From a virus, in IMG/VR virus record IMGVR_UViG_3300035701_000003: DNA of 64,000 nt; one strand, written 5' to 3'. Made by a program: the position numbers and the translations under genes. The notes beneath the pieces were generated by a model, which did no database searches, had not been told where the DNA came from, and saw only the letters and a program-made list of their open reading frames with translations. Below, piece after piece: positions 9,687 to 18,301 of the stretch. How positions within the stretch are numbered: position 1 is the first letter of the stretch; every line of letters starts with the position of its first letter.

Positions 9687-10094
9687 ATGCCTACTATTAG
9701 AGTTTCGCCTTTAGTTGATATACATAAGGACATACCCTTATGGAATAGTCGTGATTTACTTATCTATTATTCTAATAAGCTAAAGGAATTTTCTGGAGAG
9801 CACTTAGAAATACCTCCAGTTGCTTGGCGCGGTTTTATGGGTAGAATTAAAGGTTTTAAAGATAAACTACATTTATCCAGCCAAGATTATAAGAATTTTA
9901 TGGATGATGTATTCCGCAAATTATATATAGATAAACATTACGTACCGGCCTTCGGCGCTATTGTCAGCGAACGTGTTTATAATTTATTGAAAAAGGATTC
10001 TTTAAAACAGTATAGTAATGAGGATTTTATTGCTTTAAGAGATAAGTTATTTCAAGATAAATTATTATTCAAACAAGTTGGAGGTACCTTATAA
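9687..10094 (+). CDS. Hypothetical protein, possible replisome organiser/loader partner
   Basis: 135-aa ORF; the function is inferred only from its position upstream of the DnaC-like and DnaB genes. Confidence 0.35.
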   Translation: MPTIRVSPLVDIHKDIPLWNSRDLLIYYSNKLKEFSGEHLEIPPVAWRGFMGRIKGFKDKLHLSSQDYKNFMDDVFRKLYIDKHYVPAFGAIVSERVYNLLKKDSLKQYSNEDFIALRDKLFQDKLLFKQVGGTL

Positions 10095-10321
10095 TGTATT
10101 TTTTAATTTATAGACTAGGCACTGTTTTACATAAAAGAATTTTCCCCGATTATACTTCTTGGAATACTATTCTCGATTCTTTCAAAGGTATTGTAGTTGA
10201 GTTATTTAAGAACGATAGATTAAGTGAAAGAGACTTTAACAATTTATTTAGCGTGACGAGAAGAGATTTTATGGTTTGTGTTAAAAATGGCACTACTTTT
10301 AATGTAATGGATGGCTATTGA
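10094..10321 (+). CDS. Hypothetical protein
   Basis: 75-aa ORF translationally coupled to both neighbours. Confidence 0.65.
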   Translation: MYFLIYRLGTVLHKRIFPDYTSWNTILDSFKGIVVELFKNDRLSERDFNNLFSVTRRDFMVCVKNGTTFNVMDGY

Positions 10322-11079
10322 TGGGTAATTTGTTTTATATAACTTCAGATCAAGTAGCTGAGATAAAACAAAATACTATAGGAGTGACCTGCGAAGGCAC
10401 TTGTCAAGGTACTGGATTTCTATTAAAAGGTTTTAATCTCGAAGATTGTACCTGTTCTAAAGATTTTCTAAGAGTAGTATCTTACGTGGGGTCTGGTATT
10501 CCTAAAAAGTATTGGGATTTCGACCTAAGACATTTAATTCCCGAATTTCTTACTAATAATAAAATATCACTTTCCATTATAGATAAGTTTAGAACAGATA
10601 TACAAAAAGCTACAGACCAAGGTATAGGATTATACATACAAGGCGCATCCGGCGTAGCAAAAACCTCTTTAGCTTTTTATATTATGAAAACAGCGCTTGA
10701 TAAAGACATACCTTGTTACGCAATTAGAATGTCTCAATTAACTAAGTTACTATTTGAAAGTTTAACTAACGAGGATAAGAAACAACAATTGGATTTTATA
10801 AAGAATACTACGAAACTATTGTTAATAGACGAGATTGAAAAAGATTATAATGTTGGGGATACGGGTAAGTTTGCTGGAACCCAGGTGAACGAATTTTTTA
10901 GTTATATATATGATAGTCAAAAGTCTCTTATAATTACTTCTAACCTTCCCAAGGCCGAACTACGGCACGTACACGCTTTTAATATTATAGATAGATTGCA
11001 GGAATTGATTGATGTAATTTTAGTAGGAGAAAGCTTTAGAAATTATGATACTAATTTGCAAAAACTTATGAATAGTTGA
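10318..11079 (+). CDS. DnaC/IstB-like AAA+ helicase loader
   Basis: N-terminal C..C.GTG..C.C, Walker A GASGVAKT, Walker B LLLIDE, IITSN and IIDRL. Confidence 0.88.
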   Translation: MMGNLFYITSDQVAEIKQNTIGVTCEGTCQGTGFLLKGFNLEDCTCSKDFLRVVSYVGSGIPKKYWDFDLRHLIPEFLTNNKISLSIIDKFRTDIQKATDQGIGLYIQGASGVAKTSLAFYIMKTALDKDIPCYAIRMSQLTKLLFESLTNEDKKQQLDFIKNTTKLLLIDEIEKDYNVGDTGKFAGTQVNEFFSYIYDSQKSLIITSNLPKAELRHVHAFNIIDRLQELIDVILVGESFRNYDTNLQKLMNS

Positions 11080-12401
11080 TTATGCCTTCTTTAAGATTTA
11101 ATGATTTTGATACTGAACGTTACTTTTTAGCTTGTTGCTTAAAAGGGCCCGAGCATTGGAAGAATATACCAGAAGCTTGGTTACACGAAGATATTAGTAA
11201 AAGAACTTATAAGTCTTATAAGAGTTTCTTATCTCCTCCTTACGCTACTTATCCTACAGTGGAGTTAATTATAGAAAAAAGTAGTGATGTTGATGTAAAA
11301 CTTTTTACGCAAGAAATTAGTCAAATAAAAATAGATGAGAAACTAATTAATTCTAAAGTATATGACCTCTATGAAATGTACGCCGCGCGTAAAGTATTTG
11401 ATATAGTAGAAAGAGTACCTAATGAAATGGAGAAAGGAAAAATTGAAGAGGTAATAAGAAGTAAAGTTTTTGAATTTTCTCAATTAGTTAATCCTTTCGA
11501 AGCCGGTTCTAGAGAAAGAGGTTTTATATATGAAAGCGCTGCAGCTCGATGGGAACGTTACCGTATGATAGAAAAGAATCCCCAATTACTGGGAGGTATT
11601 CCTTATCATATTAGTGACTTGGATAAGTATACATCAGGAGGACTTAGAAAATCCCATGTAGTATCCTTCTTTGCAGAGACTGGCGGCTTTAAGACTAAGG
11701 TTATGCTGAATTTAGCCTATAATTTTTCCTTTTTAGACGAAAAAGAAGTTATGGTTATAACTTTAGAAGTACCTAAAGACGACTACGAATCACTAATAGA
11801 TAGTAGGCATTCTTTACTTTCTTTTAACGAAATACGTTCTGGTGCTTTAGGAGGTAATAAAGAACACTATAGACAACAACTTATAAATATTAAACAAACT
11901 AATCCACGTCTTTATATAGTTGATATTCCTGGGGAAGCTACTACCGCTGATATTATTGCAGAATTAGAATTATATTATACTATAAGAGGTAACTACCCCA
12001 GCGTTATTATTTTAGATTATCTTAATGAAATAGAACCTGTTTCCTCTTGGAATAATACTAGTGAGAAGTTTAAGAACGCCGGGGTTGAAATAAGAAGAAT
12101 AGCTAGAACCTATAAGGTAGGTTTTGTTACTAGTATGATGGAAAATAGAGAAGGTAAAAAAATAAAAGATAAAACTAAGATAGGATTAGAACATGTTTCT
12201 GAAAGTCATTATTTTGCTAACGTGTGCCATTTATTTATTCATTTATATCAAGATGCGGAAGGAGTAGATGCTGCTACTAATCAGTTACACTGGCATATAA
12301 AGAAAAACAGATACGGACCTAAACATGTTAGTTTTACTACTTTTGTTAATCCAGATTTAAATTATGTAGGCGACAGACATATAATTGTTCCTCCAAACTA
12401 A
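11076..12401 (+). CDS. dnaB: Replicative DnaB-like helicase
   Basis: LDKYTSGGL, Walker A AETGGFKT, ITLEV, Walker B IILDYL and the C-terminal Arg finger KKNRYG. Confidence 0.9.
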   Translation: MIMPSLRFNDFDTERYFLACCLKGPEHWKNIPEAWLHEDISKRTYKSYKSFLSPPYATYPTVELIIEKSSDVDVKLFTQEISQIKIDEKLINSKVYDLYEMYAARKVFDIVERVPNEMEKGKIEEVIRSKVFEFSQLVNPFEAGSRERGFIYESAAARWERYRMIEKNPQLLGGIPYHISDLDKYTSGGLRKSHVVSFFAETGGFKTKVMLNLAYNFSFLDEKEVMVITLEVPKDDYESLIDSRHSLLSFNEIRSGALGGNKEHYRQQLINIKQTNPRLYIVDIPGEATTADIIAELELYYTIRGNYPSVIILDYLNEIEPVSSWNNTSEKFKNAGVEIRRIARTYKVGFVTSMMENREGKKIKDKTKIGLEHVSESHYFANVCHLFIHLYQDAEGVDAATNQLHWHIKKNRYGPKHVSFTTFVNPDLNYVGDRHIIVPPN

Positions 12402-12932
12402 ATGATAGATGATTTTACCGAAATATTAGATCATTACGATATTCCTTATAAGGAAAAATTATTATCTCCCGAGATTGATGTTTTATGTCCTTTTCATGAT
12501 GATGTTCATTTTGGTAACGCTAAATACAATAAGAATCGCGATACCTTCCATTGTTTTAGTTGTAATGCTAGCGGTAATAAATATCAATTTGTAAGTAAAC
12601 TAGAAGGTTGTACTTTAAAGGAAGCAGAAGCTTTACTTGAAAGTAATTTTAAGAAAGAAAGAGAAACTTATAATATTTCTACCTTAAAAGATAACTTAAA
12701 AAGGAAAACTAATAAATGGTTAACTAGGCCCTTTGCTTCAGCTGCTTTACTTTCGTGCAACGATAAGATGTTGCAAGTTATGTGTGAAAAAAGACCTCCG
12801 TATTCTTTTCTAAAGAAGTGGTTTCCCATTATGTGTTATTTAAGAGGGCCTTCTTCCGAAGAATTACTTGAAAAAGAAATAGTAAATATTTACGGAGAAT
12901 TTTATAAACAGTTAAATCAGGAGACGACATGA
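12402..12932 (+). CDS. Stand-alone CHC2 zinc-finger protein (primase Zn-binding domain) with a helical C-terminus
   Basis: CPFHDD...FHCFSC.ASGN..QFV..LEG..LKEA; no TOPRIM domain. Confidence 0.85.
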   Translation: MIDDFTEILDHYDIPYKEKLLSPEIDVLCPFHDDVHFGNAKYNKNRDTFHCFSCNASGNKYQFVSKLEGCTLKEAEALLESNFKKERETYNISTLKDNLKRKTNKWLTRPFASAALLSCNDKMLQVMCEKRPPYSFLKKWFPIMCYLRGPSSEELLEKEIVNIYGEFYKQLNQETT

Positions 12933-13822
12933 GTGAATTACCGGATATGCAAAATCAGCAAGATGGGCGAAATATTTCTATTGATAGAGTAGGGGTTACT
13001 AATGTATATTTTCCTATTAAAGTAAGATTAAAAGGGGAAGACGAAGATAAGCAACCTTCCTACCTTCCTGTTTCCGCACATACTAAACTCTTTGTAGGGT
13101 TGCCTAAAGAATATAAAGGGGCTAACTTATCTCGTTTTTACGAGAGCTTGATGGAATTTAATCAACATGTTATATCTGCAAGAACTATGCCTAAACTATT
13201 AGACTTATTAAGGACTAAGTTAAAAAGTAATGATGCCTATGCTAGATTTGAATTTGATTACTACTTGGATAGAAAAGCCCCCGTGTCTAAGAAAGAAGCC
13301 CCTCAGCGATATAGATGCGCGTTTACTGGTATTAAAAGAAATGGTGATTATAGTTTTATAATAGAAGTAAACGTAGTAGCTGCAAGTCTTTGTCCTTGTA
13401 GTAGGGAAATGAGTTTATTAACTAATTTAACGCACGGGAAAGAAATAACCTATAGTAAAGACTATCAGTGTCCTGATGTGGCTAAAAAGGTTGGCATGGG
13501 GGCTCATAATCAACGTTCTCACATTAGAGTCGAGTTAATTTCCGAAGAGGGTGATATTATATGGTTAGAAGATCTTATTGGGGTTATAGAAAAACAAGCT
13601 TCTGCTCCCGTGTATCCTATATTAAAAAGAGCCGATGAAAAATTTGTTACTGAACAAGCTTACAATAATGCTAAATTTTCTGAAGACATTACGAGAGATG
13701 TACAGATTGCCATCGAATCTTTACCTCATGTAAAAGCATGGGCTTTGAGGGTTTACAACGAGGAGTCAATTCATCCCTATGATGTGGCTTGTTATCAATG
13801 TTCTCCCAGTTGGAAATATTAA
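12929..13822 (+). CDS. folE2: GTP cyclohydrolase I type B (FolE2/MptA family)
   Basis: PDMQN, IDRVGV, KGANLSRF, SLCPCS, GAHNQRS, YPILKR.DEK.VTE.AY.N.KF.ED and EESIH. Confidence 0.95.
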   Translation: MSELPDMQNQQDGRNISIDRVGVTNVYFPIKVRLKGEDEDKQPSYLPVSAHTKLFVGLPKEYKGANLSRFYESLMEFNQHVISARTMPKLLDLLRTKLKSNDAYARFEFDYYLDRKAPVSKKEAPQRYRCAFTGIKRNGDYSFIIEVNVVAASLCPCSREMSLLTNLTHGKEITYSKDYQCPDVAKKVGMGAHNQRSHIRVELISEEGDIIWLEDLIGVIEKQASAPVYPILKRADEKFVTEQAYNNAKFSEDITRDVQIAIESLPHVKAWALRVYNEESIHPYDVACYQCSPSWKY

Positions 13823-14373
13823 TGAATAAAACTTTCTATACAAGCGATCATCATTTTTTTCATGAAAACATAATTAATTTATGTAATCGTCCTTTTAAAG
13901 ACCTATCAGAAATGAATCAGTTTATGATAGACAGTTGGAATTCCGTGGTCGCTCCTATTGATAATGTAATTTATGGAGGAGATTTAGTCTTGGGTAGTTC
14001 TCGGCATTATAAAGAGAAAGTAAAAGATCTATTATTACAATTAAACGGAGTTAAATTCTTAGTTAGAGGTAATCATGATCGTTCTCGAAAAGTTATGCTT
14101 AAATTAGGTTTTATCGATGTATACCCCTTTACTTACCTTACAGATTCTAGTGTTAATATATTTATAGTACATAACTTAATGCGTAATTTCGACCAATATC
14201 AGTCTTATATAGAAGTAGCTGACGTTGTATTATACGGGCATGCTCATAACAAAGTTTATGACGACTCTAGAATTAAAGACAATAAAAAATTTATAAATAT
14301 CAGTGTTGAAAATTTAGATTACTTACCTTATACCATATTACAATTAATAGGAAAATCCAATGCCAAAATTTGA
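13822..14373 (+). CDS. Calcineurin-like metallophosphoesterase
   Basis: TSDHHFFH, GD, GNHD, H and GHAH motifs. Confidence 0.9.
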   Translation: MNKTFYTSDHHFFHENIINLCNRPFKDLSEMNQFMIDSWNSVVAPIDNVIYGGDLVLGSSRHYKEKVKDLLLQLNGVKFLVRGNHDRSRKVMLKLGFIDVYPFTYLTDSSVNIFIVHNLMRNFDQYQSYIEVADVVLYGHAHNKVYDDSRIKDNKKFINISVENLDYLPYTILQLIGKSNAKI

Positions 14374-14755
14374 ATCTAAAGTTGTATTACAGTATGATTG
14401 CAATGGAGTTTTTAAAAGAAAATTCTATAGTATCTATAGAGCCTCTCAAAAATTAAATATCGATGGTGGTCATATTTGTAGAGCTATAAAAACTAACAGT
14501 ACTGCTGGTGGTTTTTATTGGAAATACGCTACCGGGGAAATTCATGATATAGTTATTAAGATAAAGCCAAGAAGAGGAAAAAAAGTAGATGTATTTTTAA
14601 AAGGTAACCATATTTGTACTAGTTGTAATCTTATAGAAGCTTCTGAGTTAACAGAAATTTCCGTTAGTACTATTAGACTGCATTTAGATGGTCTTCCTAT
14701 AAAAGGATACGATTTTACTTTTAAACTCACGTGTAATAAAGAAAAAAAGGAGTAA
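14360..14755 (+). CDS. NUMOD1/IENR1 DNA-binding repeat protein with no visible nuclease domain
   Basis: VLQYD.NG.F..KF.SI..AS..L.I....I..AIK...TAGGFYWKY, followed by a second degenerate repeat. Confidence 0.75.
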   Translation: MPKFESKVVLQYDCNGVFKRKFYSIYRASQKLNIDGGHICRAIKTNSTAGGFYWKYATGEIHDIVIKIKPRRGKKVDVFLKGNHICTSCNLIEASELTEISVSTIRLHLDGLPIKGYDFTFKLTCNKEKKE

Positions 14756-14759
14756 CTTT

Positions 14760-15605
14760 ATGGAAGATATTAAATTAAAATTTGCAGCTATTTCCTTTTC
14801 CGGAGGAATGGATTCCTCTACTCTATTGCTACGTTTATTATACGAAGGTTATGTTGTAATAGCTTTAAGTTTTGATTATGGTCAAAAACATTCTTTGGAA
14901 CTTACTAAAGCTAAGGAACTTATTGAGTACCTTTACTATGGTGGTTATCATGTAGTTCACCGTGTAATTACATTAACTGGTCTTAGTGCTTTATTAGATT
15001 CTACTTTAGTACGTGGAGGAGCTGATATTCCCGAGGGTTACTATAAAGAAGAGAATATGAGAGTAACCGTAGTGCCTAATAGAAATAAAATCTTTTCTTC
15101 TATCGTACAAGCTGTTGCCTTAAGCACCGCTAACAGATATAAAACCGTTAGTGTAGTAGCTTTAGGTATACATCAAGGAGACCATGATATTTATCCCGAT
15201 TGCCGACAAGAGTTTAGGGATGCTGATTTACAAGCCTTTAGATTAGGTAACTGGGATAGCGATAAAGTAACTATGTATACACCTTATTTAGATTTAACTA
15301 AATTTGAAATCTTGCAAAATGGGGTATTACTTTGTGAGAAACTGCAGTTGAATTTTGACGAAGTTTATAAAAGAACCAATACTTCGTATAAACCTATTTT
15401 TATAGGTAATGATATTTACCCCGGTCATCCTGAGTTTGGGGGTAATTGGTATCCCGATTATAAGTCTGCTTCAAGTATAGAGAGGGTTGAAGCTTTTATA
15501 AAATTAGGACGCCCCGACCCTTTGCAATATGCCGATGAGAGCGGGCTAGTATCATGGCGTGCTGTGACAAATTACTTTACGAATCTTATAAATAAGGTTA
15601 AATAA
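14760..15605 (+). CDS. queC: 7-cyano-7-deazaguanine synthase
   Basis: SFSGGMDS, FDYGQKH..EL, TVVPNRN, GIH.GDH..YPDCR. The C-terminal YKSASSIERVEAF..LG..DP replaces the Zn-cysteine cluster. Confidence 0.93.
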   Translation: MEDIKLKFAAISFSGGMDSSTLLLRLLYEGYVVIALSFDYGQKHSLELTKAKELIEYLYYGGYHVVHRVITLTGLSALLDSTLVRGGADIPEGYYKEENMRVTVVPNRNKIFSSIVQAVALSTANRYKTVSVVALGIHQGDHDIYPDCRQEFRDADLQAFRLGNWDSDKVTMYTPYLDLTKFEILQNGVLLCEKLQLNFDEVYKRTNTSYKPIFIGNDIYPGHPEFGGNWYPDYKSASSIERVEAFIKLGRPDPLQYADESGLVSWRAVTNYFTNLINKVK

Positions 15606-15668
15606 CGTAATAATAATGTACTTTCTTAAAAAGTATTGAAAATGACTAAATTTCTTATGATTTTTGGT

Positions 15669-15697
15669 TTGGATCTTTCGAAGCACCTCTATATATT
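15669..15697 (+). promoter_or_regulatory. Putative sigma70-type promoter TTGGAT-17-TATATT
   Basis: Lies in an AT-rich intergenic gap and shares the AAGCAC..CTATAT.TTAA core with the site at 56450-56477. Confidence 0.5.
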
Positions 15698-15724
15698 TAA
15701 GTAGGAAATAGAAGGAGTTTTTAA

Positions 15725-16120
15725 ATGTATGCTTTAATAATAATTTTTATAATAATAGTAATAATCGAATCTTCTCATACTCGAAAGACCATGCAAGATT
15801 CTATTAATCGTTTACAAGATAACGATACTACTTCTAAAAAGGTTCCTGCCGGTTTTCAAATTACTTCCCGAGAAACCAGTTCCTTTGGTTATAAACAACT
15901 CCTAACTAGTCTTCACGTGCCTCCGGATGTTTATGTTTTATCGCCATTGGTTCCCACCTTAAGTTCTTTAGGTATTATGTTTATTATTTGTGGAAACTGC
16001 AAGAAATCCTTTTATAGTAAAGATGGTAAGGAATGCCCTCATTGTATGCAAGATAATCCAAAGAATATTTATAAATACACTAATTCACTAACCACCAATC
16101 AACAAAGGAGTAATAAATAA
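15725..16120 (+). CDS. Membrane-anchored protein with a C-terminal CxxC..CxxC zinc ribbon
   Basis: Hydrophobic N-terminus YALIIIFIIIVII; CGNC...CPHC. Confidence 0.7.
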   Translation: MYALIIIFIIIVIIESSHTRKTMQDSINRLQDNDTTSKKVPAGFQITSRETSSFGYKQLLTSLHVPPDVYVLSPLVPTLSSLGIMFIICGNCKKSFYSKDGKECPHCMQDNPKNIYKYTNSLTTNQQRSNK

Positions 16121-16851
16121 TGAATGCTGGAACCAAACAACAACTCCGTTTAACTATAAGAACTTTGGCAGAGACCGCCTGCCGGAAGATGACTATATCT
16201 GAACAGGAGGAATTTTTTAAGTATCAAGAGCAACGAATAGCTTCTGGGGAAGCTATTCCCAAACGCTATAAAGTACCCGTTAGGAAATATTATAAGGGTG
16301 TCAAGAAAGGGAAGGCTAAGGAAGTTTATGAAATTGATGGAAAAACTTTCGAGCAACTTTGGAATAAACTTTTGAATTACGCTTTGATATCTAGTGTAAA
16401 TAGTCACTCTAATGGTTTTACTGATATTAATGTTCAGGAAGATGTATTAGATATAAGATATCATTGTTTTAGAATTTTGAGATTTTTCGGGCCAAAGCCA
16501 ATGGGAGTAACTTTCGATAAATTCTTTCCATTACTAGTTCACAGTTTATTAATTAATAGTGCTAATAGAAGATATAAGACGCTAAGAACGCAGATTAACT
16601 TTAAAGCAGTCAGTTTATTCGAATCGATACCAGGTAACGGCTTTGATGATGATGAATCTTATCTAATAGATACTTTAGCTGATGAATCCTTACCAAAGCA
16701 ACGCGATTTAGAATTACTGTTAGATACCCCGGAACCGTTAAAAGAAGGAGTAGAAAACCTTTTGGGAGGTACTTCTCTTACAGAGGTATGTAAAAAACTA
16801 AAAGTAAAAACTTCGCGTTTTCGCGAACAAATGGAACCCGTTTTAAGATAA
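16120..16851 (+). CDS. Divergent sigma-factor-like protein
   Basis: FEQLW..LL, EDV.D...F..F..LV (region-2-like), SLFESIP....ESYLIDTLADE (region-3-like) and a C-terminal HTH G.SLTEVCKKLKV. Confidence 0.5.
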   Translation: MNAGTKQQLRLTIRTLAETACRKMTISEQEEFFKYQEQRIASGEAIPKRYKVPVRKYYKGVKKGKAKEVYEIDGKTFEQLWNKLLNYALISSVNSHSNGFTDINVQEDVLDIRYHCFRILRFFGPKPMGVTFDKFFPLLVHSLLINSANRRYKTLRTQINFKAVSLFESIPGNGFDDDESYLIDTLADESLPKQRDLELLLDTPEPLKEGVENLLGGTSLTEVCKKLKVKTSRFREQMEPVLR

Positions 16852-16895
16852 TTCGTGTTTTATAAATAAAGATAAATAAAGAAGGAATAATAAAA

Positions 16896-17429
16896 ATGCT
16901 TACTAAACAAGAAAAAGAAGAAAGATTACGAAAGTCAGAGGGTAAACCTCATATACAGGCGCAGAACGCCGAAGTAGGTAAAACTTATTTAACAGTCGGT
17001 ATGTTGTACAAAGTTAAAGTTTTGCAGATTGGTGAAATGGGGGTCTATGTGGATAGTGAAACCTCCGATACAAAAATTACTATATCGTCTAGCACTGAAT
17101 TAATTGAATATGACGACTCTTTATACATTTCCCCAAAAGGTTTAAACACAAATACAAATAATAATAAAGAAAGGAAGAATAAAAATATGGGCGAAAAATC
17201 AGAAGTAACTCTAGCAAGTATTATCGATCCTGGGTTGATGGCGGGTAAAACTCCAGAACAAATAGCAGATGAGATTATTGAAAAAATCCCAAGTAGGTTA
17301 GCCGATAGGAAGGGCTTGATACAAAGGATACGTGGTCCGAGGAAACATTATTTGATTAAGAAGTTGCAAAAAGAAGGTAAAGAAGTTCCAGTCCATCTTC
17401 TTTCCTGTAAAAAAAGCGAGAAAGAATAA
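16896..17429 (+). CDS. Hypothetical protein
   Basis: 177-aa ORF with an RBS, followed by a terminator. Confidence 0.75.
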   Translation: MLTKQEKEERLRKSEGKPHIQAQNAEVGKTYLTVGMLYKVKVLQIGEMGVYVDSETSDTKITISSSTELIEYDDSLYISPKGLNTNTNNNKERKNKNMGEKSEVTLASIIDPGLMAGKTPEQIADEIIEKIPSRLADRKGLIQRIRGPRKHYLIKKLQKEGKEVPVHLLSCKKSEKE

Positions 17430-17460
17430 ATAAACACTCCTGTATCTGTGTTCCGGTCAA

Positions 17461-17491
17461 AAACCCAAGTTATCTACAGCTTGGGTTTTTT
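17461..17491 (+). terminator. Rho-independent terminator
   Basis: AAACCCAAG-loop-CTTGGGTTT hairpin followed by a T-run. Confidence 0.8.
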
Positions 17492-17530
17492 ATTTCTTAC
17501 GTGTTTATTATTATAAAAAGGAATTAAATA

Positions 17531-18301
17531 ATGACGAATAAGATTGCGTTATCGGTGGAACTACCCATAGACCTTTTACGACTATCAGATTTACTCGATC
17601 AAGATTTTGTAATAGCGAGTTATTGTTTAGAGTATCCTTATTATCATGCTTTTTATAAAGAGCGTAGGCAAGAAAAAGAAGTGTTTACTTATCTTGACAA
17701 TGGTGCTTTTGAATTAGGTAAAAGTATTGATAGTAAAGAATATGGGAAGTTAATAGATGATATTCGCCCGCATGTTGTAGTATTACCAGATGTTGTGAAT
17801 AACGCTAGGGATACTGTACATGAATCTCGTAAATTCTTGAAATCTTTTACAAAAGACGTTCCTTGTTATATGGGGGTATTACAAGGTACCAGTCTTTCAG
17901 ATTATCTATATTGTTTATACTTCTACTTAAAGATGGCCGAACATTATCCTATAAGAGTGATAGGAATACCTTATCATTTATTCTATCGACCGACTCTTTT
18001 ACGTAAATATGGAATAAATGACATATGTAAAGAACATGAAATACAAATACATATACTAGGCTTACCTAATCCTTTTGAAATAGTACCTCTTCATAATTTT
18101 TCACAAGTTACATCTGTCGATACTTCTCTTCCTATTTCAGCAGCTTGGCAAGGGATGGATCTAGCCGCCTATAGCTGGGTCGAGGGATTTAGAGTAGCAG
18201 TAGACGCTGTGGTAGATGGACCTTCTCAAGATTTATCCGAACATAACATAGGATTTCTTAAACATCTCTGCCATAATATCTTACAGGAGCATTTGATATG
18301 A
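17531..18301 (+). CDS. TGT-fold (tRNA-guanine transglycosylase/DpdA-like) protein, candidate DNA 7-deazaguanine insertase
   Basis: LDNGAFE, VLPDV, GVLQG, GIP, IHILG and SVDTS follow the TGT TIM-barrel motif order. It co-occurs with folE2/queD/queE/queC and overlaps the polA start. Confidence 0.7.
   Translation: MTNKIALSVELPIDLLRLSDLLDQDFVIASYCLEYPYYHAFYKERRQEKEVFTYLDNGAFELGKSIDSKEYGKLIDDIRPHVVVLPDVVNNARDTVHESRKFLKSFTKDVPCYMGVLQGTSLSDYLYCLYFYLKMAEHYPIRVIGIPYHLFYRPTLLRKYGINDICKEHEIQIHILGLPNPFEIVPLHNFSQVTSVDTSLPISAAWQGMDLAAYSWVEGFRVAVDAVVDGPSQDLSEHNIGFLKHLCHNILQEHLI

Noticed and set aside
15350-15605. queC as defective because it lacks the C-terminal Zn cysteines
   Set aside because: The YKSASS.ER.EAF..LG..DP ending matches a natural QueC variant as I recall it, and the ATP-binding motifs are intact.
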